Assembly (NCBI GenBank): GCA_965113315.1
Contig: OZ220364.1
Reading direction: 5' to 3' (one strand)
Source: Podarcis vaucheri
Lineage: Eukaryota
Length of the DNA stretch: 64,000 nt
Both the position numbers and the translations under genes were made by a program. This document shows positions 35,865 to 49,699 of this stretch, in pieces. The first letter of the stretch is position 1. Every line of letters begins with the position of its first letter. A model generated the notes under the pieces. That model ran no database searches and was not told the DNA's origin. It saw only the letters and a program-made list of their open reading frames with translations.

Positions 35865-38534
35865 TATCAGTCCAACTCTGCAAAACACCATCTCCTGGCC
35901 AAAACTGGTTCTGTATCCAGACTCTGAGAGCCTGGTGTGGCACAACAGTGATTTTTGGTGCTTGGAATGACTCTGCTGTTCCATCATTTTCCAGTGGGAA
36001 CTTTGGGTGATACCCAACATTATATGGGTATATTTCCTCTTCCTCTTCTTCCTTCTCCTCCTCCCCCAGCCTTCTTCTAAAGCAGATTTGATGTGTGTGA
36101 GAGAGGCTGTCAGTGGGAAAGAAAAAGAAAGGGCAGGGATGGGCAAATCTGTCTGTTTTCTGTCCTTAAGTTCAGTTCACCACTTTTCCACATCACTTTG
36201 CTATATTATTTTTTTTAATGCCCTCACAAAAATCATCACCATTTTAGTGAGCATTTCCCCTAATATAAACATTTTAATGCAATTTTGCCTCATTTATTAG
36301 AAGCCGTTTCACCTAATGCAATGCATTTTTGTGTTATTTTCACTAATATATGCACTTTTGTGACAGTTTCCCCTAAAAATATGCAACTTTGTACACTATT
36401 TTTAGTTATAGAATTGTACTGCAAAATTTGGAGAAGTGTGAATTTTGGTGGGTAGCTGCATTTCGATTTGTGCATTGTTTCAGAAAGTGCAAATTTCTGG
36501 GTTCATGTTAAAATGTGATCTAAATCAAAATTCTCTCCCATTTATTTTATTTATTTCTTTATAAAATTTGCACACCACCTTTCATCCAAATATCTCAAGG
36601 TTCACAGCATAAAAATTAATCTCCCATCACTAAGAATAGGAAGTCCAATTCTGCTGGGGTATCTGCTTCCCTGGCAGATGGGTGTAACTGGATATCATCA
36701 TTGTACTTTGTTATTAACTCATTTTTAGTTCGTAGAACAGTTGTTTGGAAGCTATGACAGAGGGGAAGATTCATAGTCCCCACCAGGGGAAAAATATTTT
36801 AGAATGAGGATCTCATAATGTATAAGTTGCAATCACTGAATAATATATCCAAGGAGTTTCTGCAAGATGCTAGAAATGTGTGATAGTAAAGGATTTTCTC
36901 TGAATATTTTAACATTCACCAAGGATAGATGGGAATTAATAAATATTTTGAACCTTATAGAAATGCACAGCTTTAATATAGGTGAAATGAAACATGTTTC
37001 CCATCATCTTTTAAACTTGTTTGATTTGGGCACTTTGGAAGCATTCTATACAGTATCTCTCTTATCTTAAAGCTTATTTATGATCTTCAATTTCAACTGT
37101 GCAGCAGAACATCTCAATGTCAAGAAGACATCTGCCTGTCACTTTTTCATCTGAGATTGCCTGATAAGTTGTCAAAACTGCACAAATCTATATGTGTTGG
37201 CTCTGATCCTCCTTTTATCTGTTTACTTTGGAAAGGCTTCATCAATGCTAGAGACTTAAATGAGCTTTGCAGATCAAAGGAGGCCCCAAAAAACTCTTGA
37301 ATGCATTTGTACTTAATATATAAATAAGAATTTGAAACATGACAGATTCTTTAAAGGAGCGTTTTGTAAACTTACAAAAAAATATCCTTTTCCAATTTGT
37401 TTTGGGGTGGGGAAATGAAAGTTTTTCTTAATAGCAATAACTCTTTGTATTAAAAACCATTTCAAGTCATTTCAGCCAGCCACCTCTCAGCATATCATAG
37501 TGTTGCATGCCACCCCAATCTCTGAGCGGCGTGAGATTCCAGGGATTCTGGGTGCTTACCTTTACAACCCACCCACCTGCAGACTTACAACAACAGCAGT
37601 GTCTAGTTTGAGATGCTCATACAGTGATATAAAGGCAAATATTTGTTATTACAGTTTAGGAACCTGTTTCATGCCTGGTCTGACTTTCTGTTCATCTCAT
37701 CCATTATTGTCCACTCTGAGTGACAGGGTTTCTGTCTTCCCATCACCTTCTTGCTGATTATTTAAACTGGAAAGCTACATGCCCCACCCACCTAAAAGAA
37801 AAAAGAAAATAAATGATCACTGTGTTTTTCCATTCAAGCCAATTCTTTTTCATGCAGATTAGTCAATGTGGGTTGAATGCAGGCATAGCCATGTTCAGAG
37901 TCAGCACAGGTGTCATCACTTTCAGTGTGCCTGCTCTAAGCATGACAGGTAAATACGGATCCAGTGTCTATGAGTGGGAGCCAACATTAGTCCTACTCCG
38001 AGTAGACCCATTGAAGTTACTGCATATGACTGACTTTGGCACCTTAATTTGAATGGATCTGCTTTGAGTAGGACTTGGCACTTTCCTTGCAGAAACCCAC
38101 TCTTTACCGGTAAATCAGAGCAAACTGAAAAAAACCTGAATTGCTGTTTGCTCCAATTCAGCAGTAAAGATAAGGTTTTCCTGGGGAAACCGGCAGGGGG
38201 AGAAAGAGAAGCACTCGGACATTGACCAGGAAAACATGGAGCTGTTCCTAGATAGCATGAGGCAAAAGATAAGGGTGGATGAGCCATACTGATTTCATGA
38301 GAACTTAGTAAATAAGAATCCCTAGGATTGCAGCCAAATACTTATGAGGAGTTGAGCACCAACCGCTAGACCATTCCAACATCTCAGATTCCATTGCATG
38401 AACATTATGTCAGTATATTTGAGTAGGATCGGCTTGCCAATTTAATGTTAACAGTGGAAGAGAGAACCTGTTGAAGGGATAAACTGTGTCAACATTTCCA
38501 CAGTTTCCTTTCTGTGGGGAGGAATCTGTGTATA

Positions 38535-38555
38535 ATGATGATGATGATGATGACG

Positions 38556-38613
<58 letters not shown>

Positions 38614-38614
38614 C
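38535..38614. repeat. compound (GAT)n(GAC)2(AAC)n microsatellite forming an L2 tail
   Basis: directly visible; abuts the L2 3' end. Confidence 0.97.
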
Positions 38615-38870
38615 TTATTATTTATACCCCGCCTATCTGGCTGGGTTTCCCCAGCCACTCTGGGCGGCTTCCAACAGAACACTAAAATACAATAACCTAT
38701 TAAATGTTAAAAGCTTCCCTAAACAGGGCTGCCTTCAGATGTCTTCTAAAAGTCTGGTAGTTTTTCTCTTTGACATCTGGTGGGAGGGCGTTCCACAGGG
38801 TGGGTGCCACTACCGAGAAGGCCCTCTGCCTGGTTCCCTGTAACTTGGCTTCTGGCAACGAGGGAACCGC
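38615..38870 (-). mobile_element. L2 LINE 3' end
   Basis: minus ORF LQGTRQRAFSVVAPTLWNALPPDVKEKNYQTFRRHLKAALFREAF. Confidence 0.88.
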
Positions 38871-40480
38871 TGCATGTGCATTGCAAAGATTTGCTTTGGC
38901 AGGGCGTGTTTCTTCTATCAAACAGGGTTGTTGTTTTTAACTCTGCAGTGCTACTTTCTTTCTGGTGATTTTGTGCCTTGATAGAATGTGCAAAGACAGA
39001 CCTTTACCTAGGAGACGTTATCATCTCTGCCTCCTCCAACCTTGCCAGTTGTGAACTTCTAGGACCATAAATGTAGTGACAGGAAGGGCTGTGTGCAGAG
39101 TTCCTAGATGCACCCAGATTGAATTGCATCCAAGCCCAAATGAATTTGGGCCCAGCTTGTACTTGGACTTGACCACCACCAGTCCCCCACTTCCTCCTGC
39201 CTTCCCTAAGCAACTTTTATTTATGAAAGGGGCAGGGTGACCAGGGCAAGCATGGTTCTCTGGTGGAGCCAGGACAGTCCTTACTCTGGGCCAGGGTAAA
39301 CTATTATGAATCAGGAAGCCTGAGAAACTACAAATCGCAAAAACTCCAGCAGGAAATGGCTGTGCTGACCTAGAGCATGCTCAGTAACATCTGGCCCAGT
39401 GAAGAAGAAACCTGGATGGCTTCTCTTGGCTACAGGGAGCCCTTCCCACAACCAGTCCCCCCAAGTCTTCACAAGGTCCTCTTTGACTGAAAGGGTGGCA
39501 GGGAGAACTGGAGACAATTTTCCATGTTTGGTTTTTCCGAGCTTTCACAGAAATGGCTTGGAAAGACCCAAAGTTTTTCCAAGGAGATTATGAAAAAGCT
39601 TGGAAAAACTGAATGCTTTCTGAAGCTAGCAGAGGGGAGCTCACCCATGACTAGACCTTTTCTTCCCCCATCCACAATCTGGGACTGACTATATTTCTTC
39701 TTGTAAAATACTAATAACAAGGCATTGCTGAAAAGTCCAAGGAATGACTTTCCATTTGTAACATACCGCAGAAAAAGTTAAACCTAATGATTATAGTTTA
39801 CATAGGGAGGGGATCATTTTAAACACAAGGAGACTTTTATTGTCATAATATTTTCAGCAAAGTCACTAGAAATATATGGGAGGAATTGTTTGTATTAAGA
39901 AAATTGATTAAAACTGGAATAGAAATACATTTCAGCCAACTTTAAAAAGTTAGATATTCCTGTGAATCAGCCCTTATTTAGGTAAGGATTTGTTTTAGTG
40001 AATAATAAATCTTTGCAGTTGATTAGCAATGTTTGATTGATGAAAAGCAAGAATGCAGCATTCTCTGCCATCTGCAGTGATCTTGGTGCTGCATGTCAGA
40101 GAATGTGAGGTTTAAGTAATCGTAGAATATACCTTCAGCACCGGAAAAAACTCAAAAGTGGTTCACAAGCCAAAGGAAATGTTTTTATTGCATACACAGC
40201 ACCAAACAATATATTAATGTGGCTGTGGAAAATAAAATTTATTCACTGTTTTGTTCTACTGTTTTATTAGTGTTCCAACTTACTTGAAGAAGTGCCTTTC
40301 CCGTAGTTTAAGACAGAGACAGAGGCCCTTCTCATAGAAACACCAGTGTTGATGGTAAAGGAGATTGTGAATGCAAGAGGACGCTTTCTTATTTGTGGCA
40401 CCCCATTTCTGGAACTCCCTCCTGGGGGAGATCAGGGAGGATGAGGTAGCATTCTTGTTCCTCCAGGCCTTTGCAAGTGG

Positions 40481-40862
40481 CAGTGGCGTAGCGTGGGGGG
40501 TGCCAGGGGTGCCGGCCGCACCGGGCGCAACATTTTGGGGGGCGCGTTTCGCCGGGCCCCCTCGAGGAAGCGGGAACCTCTCCAAGACGGGAGAGACCTC
40601 CTCCCGCTGCCAGGCTTCGGAAGGCTGCTCCGAAGCCTGGCGGTGGGGCGGAGAGACCTTCTCCCCGCGCCAGCCTTCGGATGGCTGTCCTGAAGACTTG
40701 TGGTGGAAGCAGTGGCGTAGCGTGGGGGGTGCAGGGGGGCTGCCGCACCTGGCGCAACATCTGGGGGGGGGCGCGGAAGAGACACGAGTGCTAAAATCCA
40801 CGGGTTAGGGGCGCAAATTACTTGCCTTGCCCCGGGTGCTGAGAACCCACGCTACGCCACTG
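40481..40862. mobile_element. young composite hAT non-autonomous element
   Basis: TIR CAGTGGCGTAGCGTGGG; perfect 8-bp TSD gcaagtgg at 40473-40480 and 40863-40870; CpG-rich; second left end at 40710. Confidence 0.93.
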
Positions 40863-40987
40863 GCAAGTGGTTAGGTATATTTTTGTACTATAGGTTTTAT
40901 AACTTCCATTTTAATTATTGGATGTGGTTGACTGGGTTTTATGTTGTTAGTTGCCTTAGGCACCCTTTGGAGAAGATGGGTGGGCTA

Positions 40988-40990
40988 TTG

Positions 40991-41032
<42 letters not shown>
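40988..41032. repeat. (TTG)n(CTG)n microsatellite
   Basis: directly visible. Confidence 0.95.
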
Positions 41033-41034
<2 letters not shown>

Positions 41035-43379
41035 ATTTACATACTGCTTAATGCCCAGATAGGCTTTTAAGCAGTTTACAAAATAACACCAGATTCAGAA
41101 ACATTAAAATATAAACACCCACCATTAAAACACACAATACAACAATCCTATTGAAGCATTACTGCTGCTGAAACAGGAGATTCAGTTTGAAAGATTAAGG
41201 GATATAAATTTAATGAATAATAAACAAATGATAACTCTTATTTCCAGCGTAGAATAGGAGTTGTTACACTAAATTATACAGGGAGATTAAAACTAATTCC
41301 CTGAGTCCAAGTTCTTTCCCCACCGTCCATGTGTGATTTAGAACTGAAGGGCGGTATAGAAGCAAGCTTATTACTCTTTGACCATGAACATATTGTTGGG
41401 GGTGGGGGCTTCCCACACAAACCTTGAGCCCCTGTCAGTAGAGCACATGGAAAACGTTCAGCCCATGTCGGTTTGTTGTGTCTGTTGCTGCTATTGCTGA
41501 AGGGGAGGGGGAGAGTGCAGCAGGAGATGTTTCTGATCACCAGTCATTTTGGGTCAGAGGCTGAGCATTTGCACAACGGCAAAGAAACTCTCCTACTCTG
41601 CCAACTTTCCCATCTCCAGTCCTCCTCCTTCAGCTGCTGCATTGGAGGGATGCATGTGAAGATCTGCTTTCCTGTATTATCCTGGAAAAGGAAAGGCAAA
41701 GTGTGGGATCTTATAGGAGCAATTCCTGTTATAATCTGAAATGCCTCAGTCCTGCTGTCTGCACACTATAGTATAAAACTTCAGACAGTTTAGCAATCGT
41801 TTTTCAAGAGAAACAATGGGCCCCATTTCACTGGAGGGGGTGTGTTCAGTTGTTCTTTCTATGTGTAGGCTCTGCAGGGAAGAATGACGTGGAACTGCAC
41901 TCAGTGGCTGCACCCTTACATTGTCACACCTTGGTGGCCTGCCTTCTCTCATCCATGTGTTCAGCACCACACCACGTATAGCTTACGCTTGTTGGCACAC
42001 TGCACAGTCAGGAAACCCAATCCCATAGGGTGCCCAATCCAACAGAATACCTATGCATCTACAGCATACATTGCAGATGTTTCATTGGATGTGCTGCAAG
42101 CAGCGTGGACTTCAGAAGCAGGGCCAATAAACATCGTTCACACAATTTGCACATGGCGGGAATGACTGAATGGACCTAGATGCACAAATGCTTCAGACAA
42201 AGTCTGACCTAAAGATTTATCTTTTCATGTATCTAAATCTAAGGTTCACTGAGCCATAGCTACTGGAATACATATTATTATTTTAAATTGTCCCAAAATG
42301 TTCCATTCTCTATTTCACCTACTGTTCAAAATCCTGAGCAGCCTAATTTATGGCGGCAATATAGATGTTACACTCATTCATGGTTTCTTTTCTTTTTAAA
42401 AAATGGATATGAGAGAAATGTGAGTTAGAAGTATAGCCAGCAGCCTGGAAAACACATTACAGGACTTGGAAACCAGAACAACAGATATCTGCATGTTGAA
42501 CAGTTGAAGTTTGTTCCACTCCATTAGGGTTTGGTTTATGCAACTGACAATTATGTGAGTAACAGATATTTGAGTATAGGCTGTACATCATTTTCCATTT
42601 ACGACATCCTGATGTGTGTGTGTGTGTATGTGTGTGTGCATGTGTGTTTTCTTTTTTAAACTTAAACCAACAATAGGAAAAATCAAAATGTGACAGCTAT
42701 GAAATGAGATCCCATAGTAACCACTAAAGAATGCAAGCTAAAATAGAATGCCTGAAAGTTAGCTGCCTATCTTGGCCCCCGTAGGAAAAGGGCTTTGTTT
42801 TAACAGGTGCCCAGCACCTATAGCACCTAAGGAAGTCAATGAGCCCTGCAGTTTCTCAGCCACTGTGGCCATCTAGAAGCCTTCTTTGGGCTACCCACAA
42901 GGCCTACAGTCCCTATCGGGCTTTTTTTTTTAAAATAGCAGACTAGGCCTTCCTGTCCCCACAGCAGTGTGATTGCACACATTTTGAAACACACATATCC
43001 CTTCGGTTCGTGATATTGGCTGACTGGTTCTTTGGATCCTGATCCTCTGAAAATGAACTCATGCCCTGGAGGTAAAAAGTTTCATTGTTGATTTTGCAGG
43101 TTTAAATTGTTTAATCGGGATTGAAGTTATATTATTGATGCCCCTGCCATTTTTTCCAACTGAAGTCACAATCCATAAATCTGTGCAACTGACTTGGCAT
43201 ACATAGCAAGAGGCCTTCAGGTGTCCCTGAAATAAACAGGCCCTTCACACGTCCACACGTGTTTGGTCATAATGCCTGGCTTATTGATAATCATAAACCT
43301 AAAATGTTTTCTGGCTGCTGTTGCTTGATTGTGCTGTATTTCCAGTGTGATATGTCATCCTGGCCTAAAGGGTACATAT

Positions 43380-43620
43380 CATGGTTAGGCAAACTAAGGC
43401 CTGGGGGCCGGATCCGGCTCATTCACCTTCTGACGCAGATGGTCAAGGAATCAGCGTGTTTTACACAAGTAGAATGTGTGCTTTTATTTAAAATGCATCT
43501 TTGGGTTATTGGTGGGGCATAGGAATTCGTTCATTTCCCCCCACAAAATATAGTCTGGCCCCCCACAAAGTCTCAGGGACAGTAGACCGGCCCCCTGCTG
43601 AAAAGGTTTGCTGATCCCTG
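43380..43620. mobile_element. hAT-Charlie non-autonomous element (MER1/OC1-like)
   Basis: 5' catggttaggcaaactaaggcc..ggccggatccggc; 3' gggacagtagaccggccccctgctgaaaaggtttgctgatccctg. Confidence 0.7.
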
Positions 43621-44291
43621 GATATGATGAGGGATTCTGGTGCTTTGCAAGAGCAGGGAAGGCCTTGCTTTGCCGTCTTTAGCTGTAGCAAGAGTGACTG
43701 TTACTGCTGAGAAGGGTCTTTCTCAAATACGACCTGGTCATGGCGCGTGCGAGTAGGTTTCTTCCCTTGCTTGTGCTGCAGAAGCAGTGGCGCCATGAGT
43801 GTCAAGACTCAGAGGCCCTCTCTTTCCCTCTGGGCAGCCTGCCTTGGCTCTGGTGCCTCTCCTTTGTCAAGGCTTGTTCTTCGGGTACTTGCACACCCCT
43901 CTATGGCTCTCTGCAGTCCAAGGGCCCCCCATCTCCCTCAGCCTGCCATAATGAAAGGCGCCTGCACAAGTTCACTTCTAAATATAAAGGCAGCATTTGT
44001 GGTCTGTGGGTATGTGTGTCCAAAAAAGGGGGATTGTCCAATCAGAGAAGGCTCACATGACCAAGGGCGTAACCTATCAAAATGTACAGCTATTCGACTA
44101 TTTCCAAAATAAACTTTTCAGCAAAACCAGTTGTTGGCCAGTGGTTTTTTTATGCTTTAAAAAAATGGTTCTCTTGATGCCCTCCCTCATCACCTCTCTG
44201 CACATCAAATGATCAGTCTGAGGACCAGCAAGGGGAGGCTTTGCCTCCTGATCATGGTGCTGGGCTCCATATGCCCCAGCAATGTGTCCAA

Positions 44292-44292
<1 letters not shown>

Positions 44293-44339
<47 letters not shown>

Positions 44340-44438
44340 ACACTGCCCATCTGGCTGGGTTTCCCCAGGCACTCTGGGCGGCTCCCAAGAGAATATTAAA
44401 AACACGATAAAACATCAAACATTAAAACTTTCCCTAAA
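44293..44438 (-). mobile_element. short L2 3' end with (AAT)n tail
   Basis: gcccatctggctgggtttcccc..actctgggcggct motif shared with the other L2 copies. Confidence 0.85.
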
Positions 44439-45939
44439 CTTTAAATTTGTTTTCTTTTTGCCACCACTACCACCAAAAACAGTGGCCTCTTGGGGTGGTT
44501 CTTCACTGGGATACCCCTGCGCTAATGGATGGGCTGCTAGCAATCTAGTATTTGTTTTTTCTTTCTTTTGAGTGATTTATCTCGCCCTTCCTTCCACATT
44601 GTTTTTTATGAAGAAAATTGAAGTCTTTGAGACCTTTTTTTTCTTTTCAGGAAGTTTTCTGCACAGGAAATACTTTGGTTTAAATTCAGCAGTAGTCTCA
44701 AACAAGTGGAGATAATTAAGAAGGGTCTTGAATTATGGCTTCAAAAGAAAAGGTTCCTCGCATGCTGCTGCTATCTATTGTGGCATTACCAATGGCAGTT
44801 GGTGATGATGCGGACGACGACAGTGTTGTAAAAGGCAACGGCTCAAATTCTTGATTTACGTCACTTCACTTCAAAAGAGCTCTCTTGTTTAAACATGAAA
44901 CATTCACCATAAATATTCAACATTAGACCATTTGATTTTTAGACCAGTTGTTGAGCTCAATAAAAGAAACCTTTATCTTCCCCTGAGCTGCAGCTCCCAT
45001 ATCACTAGTGACATAAATGTCACCTTAGCTCAGCAGGTGATTCAGAACACACTCTCCCTTGAAATCCTGAGGGTACCTTAAAATCCAAGATTCGAAGAAT
45101 CCTTTGAAAGCAGAGCACTTTTTAATGCAGGGTTTTGTTTTTCAGTGTGTGTGAGTGTTTATATGTAAAAAAAGTTCCCTTGCAGCCATTGCAATGAGAT
45201 CCCTTCTGCTTTTCATTTTTCTCCTGTATTTTTACAAGCTTCACCAAAGTTGCAACTTTATTTGTTGACTGCATAGAGCCAATGTAATCCATAGTTCGAT
45301 TGCTTGCCTTAGGTTCAAATTAGAGCTTACTGTCAGTGGATTTGGGTGCCACTGTCTCATCTTTGCTTCCACCTGAAAATGGAAACAAAAGATTAGAGAA
45401 TAACTTTACCTGCCCTAAAAATCAAAGAATTGAGGATAGGCCATAAGTATAAACCTTTCTAAATGATTTGAAAAGACTGGTTTCCCCACAACCTAGTTTT
45501 AGTCTAATTTAGTTCATGCTGCAGCCACAAAAATGCATTTTTCTTTTTAAACCAGCTTGAACAAGGGTTATGGCTTTGGGAGACCACCAGGCGCCATCGC
45601 TTCTCCAATCCCTTTCCCTTAATAGTAGGTTTCTTTGTAGGCATCTGTAGATTGCTCAGAGCACCTTCCAGGTGTTAGCCAAAACCACTATGCAGGTAGG
45701 GTATTAAGAAGAATGCTTGTGTCCTGTGTTTCTCTTCCCTTTTGCCTCTGCTTTGTCGCCTAAGGAGTGCTGTTACCAGGGCACAGTGAGAAGGCACTAC
45801 TCATGCACTGAGTGTAATTTGCAAGCCATAAGAAGGCTCATATACCTTTAAGTGCTGCATAGAAAGCAGAATTTCATCAGGTGCAGCTTGATAGCTCAGA
45901 GTGCCTTCCATCAGCTTAGGCACTATCTGAACAGGGATG

Positions 45940-46375
45940 ACTTGGCTACAGTAATCTATCTTCTGGTAACCTAATGAACGGACTGGACTCTTGTGAAGCA
46001 CTGTACGTGCTGCTGTCTTTGAAAATGATTTAGAGGCTTTAATTAATGCAGAATGCAGCTGCCTGATGGTCAACAGGTTAAAGCTAAGCAATCGTATAAC
46101 ACCAATTCTATTACAACTTTACTAGCCCAATTCAAAGTGCTGGTTTTGACCTTTGAAGCTGTTTATGGCTCAGGACCCCGGTACCTTCTGGAATGCCTCT
46201 TAGCTCTTCTTCTGAGGCCTGTCTCTAAGTTCCACCTCTTAGGCAGTCTTGGAGGGTAGTGACAAGGGCCTTTTCAGTGGTGGCTCAAGTTATGTGGAAT
46301 GCTTTCCCTTGTGAGGTCTGCCTGGCCCATTCAGTGCCTTTGTTTTGGTGCCAACTCCTCCCCAGACTTTTGATA
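45940..46375 (+). mobile_element. old L2 LINE ORF2 3' fragment, boundaries approximate
   Basis: QFKVLVLTFEAVYGSGPRYL and gggccttttcagtggtggct..tggaatgct motifs. Confidence 0.7.
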
Positions 46376-46706
46376 GACAAAGGCGATGTTGTTTTGTTAT
46401 TAGTGTGCTGCTAAACTCGCTATGGCTGTTGTGGGAGTTGTTTCACTTTGTTTTTATGACATAATGGGTGGGATTCACTTAATGTGTCCTGTCAGCACAA
46501 GCAATAGGGCTTTCCCCCTCTCTTCCCCCTGTGCCCTCCCCACACTCCCAAAATTGGCTAAGGGTGTTAGAATAACCCCCATAGCAATGCCGTGGGGTGG
46601 AGAAGAGAGGATCATTCCATCTGGCAGGCTTCAGAGCTTGCACTAATGATGTGTGTGTTGTAAGTCACTTGGAGACATTTGGGTAATAACCAACTAGCTG
46701 CTACTA

Positions 46707-46915
46707 CAGTGGTACCTCGGGTTAAGTACTTAATTCGTTCCGGAGGTCCGTTCTTAACCTGAGGCACCACTTTAGATAATGGGGCCTCCCGCTGATGCCG
46801 CACCGCCGGAGCACGATTTCTGTTCTCAACCTGAAGCAAAGTTCTTAACCTGAAGCACTATTTCTGGGTTAGCGGAGTCTGTAACCTGAAGCGTATGTAA
46901 CCCGAGGTACCACTG
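46707..46915. mobile_element. Tc1/mariner-pogo MITE, family copy 2
   Basis: perfect TIR CAGTGGTACCTCGGGTTA, TA flanks. Confidence 0.93.
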
Positions 46916-49699
46916 TACTACAATTCCACCACAATGATTCAGCGATGCAGAAAGCCACTCTAGAAAAAACTATTTCATTTCACCTGGCTCTGGACTCTTT
47001 TAAGGACCCAGTCTTGGTTGCCATGAGTGTTGTCATTGAGGAGTCCAGTCATGTCCAGAAGCTAGAACTCCCAGCTCCAGTCCGTGGGTTTCACCCTTTA
47101 TAGTAAAAACATGCGTTTGAGAGCTTGCCTGAATTGCATCAGAAAGCATACCATGTGGCATATCTCAGTAATTTTTTCCCAGGCATCATAACTGTTTGAA
47201 GTCAATCTACTGAATGGGAAACCCATTGCATATTTGTGAATAATGTGACCTGCTGTTCTACCGAGCAGAAAGGCAGCATAAATTCCTCTGATGAATTGCA
47301 CATCAGAGATTACAGACAGAGCACTACTCAGCCACGTCTTTCATCCTCATCTGACAGTGACAACCTAATCCTTTGCTTATGACCCAGCGTGGAACTGCCT
47401 GGGCGTTTATACAAATTCACCATTGCAGCTTTGTGTCGAGATTAGGCTCTGGGAATGGGGAAGCAGCCAATACTTTGTTAAATTATGCACACATGAAAAC
47501 TTTGTGATAAGAGCGACTTGAGGAAATCCAAAAAGTTTTATCTGCAGTTTCTACAGACAGCACGTGGTCTGTGTGTGGTCTATTTATTGTACACAGAGAG
47601 CTTTGTCATAGTAGGATGGGGTAGCCCTGAAAGGACTTGAAAAGGGTTCAGCTCGGATGCTAATGACCTGCCAGCCCAGTTCTAGAAATCCGATCCATTC
47701 TAGTCCATGGAGTGCTAACTGGGGTCAGCTGGAGCCAATGAAGGTTACCTGATCTCCAGAGGTCTAATGCTTGAATAGCAGTATGGGAAGATTTATTTTA
47801 GTGAAACATGTGAGAGGGCGGAAGAGGTGAGATGTTGTTTTTGTGATGACGATGCTTATTATCTGTTTCTAAATGTACCTTGAAGCTGGACTGGTTTCTT
47901 TGGCTCTCTCTGGGGTGGTTTCTTCTTCATAGTGTGTTGTCAGCTGAATTGAAACTTGCTGCGAATCAGAGGAGTCAGTACATGAATGTGTTACCTCAAT
48001 CCGTTCTTGGTGGATTAGGGAGGGGGGAGGCGTTCATGTGGGTCTTTGCATTAAATGCTGTATTGTTCCAAATAGGGAAGTAGCCATTAATTCTTTGGCT
48101 GTTGGGTATCTGGCTGGGGAAATACATGATCTGGCAAGATGTTTAGTAGCAAGGTGCCCCATGTTCCTGCTGGTTTCTGTGGTGTTTTTTCCCGCAGTTA
48201 AAGCTTGCACACATAGGTGCCGATTCAAATATTTGTGAGCTCTCTTTGAAAACCAAGAACTTGCTGAAAGTGGGTTCCTTGCGACAATTGCCAGAAATCC
48301 TTCCCCTTTAACAATAACATCTAATGCACACTTAACTGCCACCTTAAAGCCCGGTTCTTTTTTATGCTGGCTCCGTGAGGGAGGTGAAGCTCTAGGGAAG
48401 GCTGTAATGTTTTCTAGCACGAAAGGTACTACAGTACATCCTCCACATGCACGATGTGAGACTGTGTGTCGGCCCACCAGTGTCTGTCATGTTACATTTC
48501 CTCCCATGCTTTGAATGTCCTCTGGCAGCATTTCCATGCGTGGGGCAGTCTGCACAATACCATACTGTAGTCAGACCTCAACATGGCAGCCCTCCCCACA
48601 CCAAACCCTCTTTTTTTAAAAATCCCATGAGCGATTCAAGGCAAACAGCAATTGTGTCAACACTACAGAGTATCTCCTTTCAGGCTTCTCCTAAGCTAAT
48701 TTTACACATACAGTCCCTATATAATATTGCACAACATGTAGGATTTGGGTTGTTTCAGTTCTTGAAATGGATAAACGGGAATTGCATTTTATTCCCCTCG
48801 AAACCCGATATATTTATAACTTTCTGAGATAGCACCGTATATAAGAATGTAGCTGTTATTTTCTGTGAAAGAATTTTCCTCCTTTTTCCTTTTTATTGGC
48901 CCCTTCTCTCCCACACACAAAGCCACAGATGCTCCGCTGCAGTGATGTCAGCCTCCCTACATGGTCCAGCTGCTTGGAGGTTTCTGTAGAAAGTTCAAAC
49001 CCTGTGTGTGAGAGAGATACTGTAAAATGCACGTTGTGTTTATCATCACAAAGCTCTCATACTACAGATAGGGGTAAGTGTAACTTTAATGGCGGTTCCG
49101 TAGGTTTGAAGAACACCAAGCAGCATTTAATCTTTCTATTGACGATACTTTAATTGCAGACTTCCCAGTTGTTTCATTCCCAGAATTGGTTCAAAGACGC
49201 CGTCCTCCCTTTCACGTCTGCCCCCTCCCCCCATCTTCTGTGATTTTTGGAAAAAGCAGAGCATTTTCTTAGTAAGACAATATGTATTTTAAGTAGAGAC
49301 GTCTGAGTGGAAATATGCTTTTGTCCACATCTACACATGGTCAAGTCCTCACTTAACTTCAGACATTCCCTGCCAGACCACCAAACTGAAAACATCTATT
49401 CTGGATTTGGTGGCAATACATGTCACTGCATGTTATACTGAACTGATGTAAAGATTAGCATAGAGGTTGACCACAGTTACCATTGCGGGGAGATAGGAGA
49501 ACACTGGGATGCGCCTCTCTTGACAGGGCAAGGATGAACTTTTATGGGAGCCTTTTGAAATCAGATGTAATTTCTAAGCTCCTGGTATTTCTATGTCATG
49601 CATGAGCAGTTCTTTCAATGCTTAATTTCTCTACACACACACACACACACACACACACCCCGCACATACTGTTATCTATGGATTAATTTAAAATACTTT

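Noticed and set aside
38410-38843. poly-Leu, poly-Asn and poly-Thr ORFs
   Set aside because: Translations of a trinucleotide microsatellite at an L2 tail.
40280-40808. several overlapping ORFs and an apparent CpG-island promoter
   Set aside because: Explained by the GC-rich hAT insertion with a perfect TSD.
48034-48477. 147-aa minus-strand ORF
   Set aside because: No recognisable protein family or exon signals; treated as non-coding.
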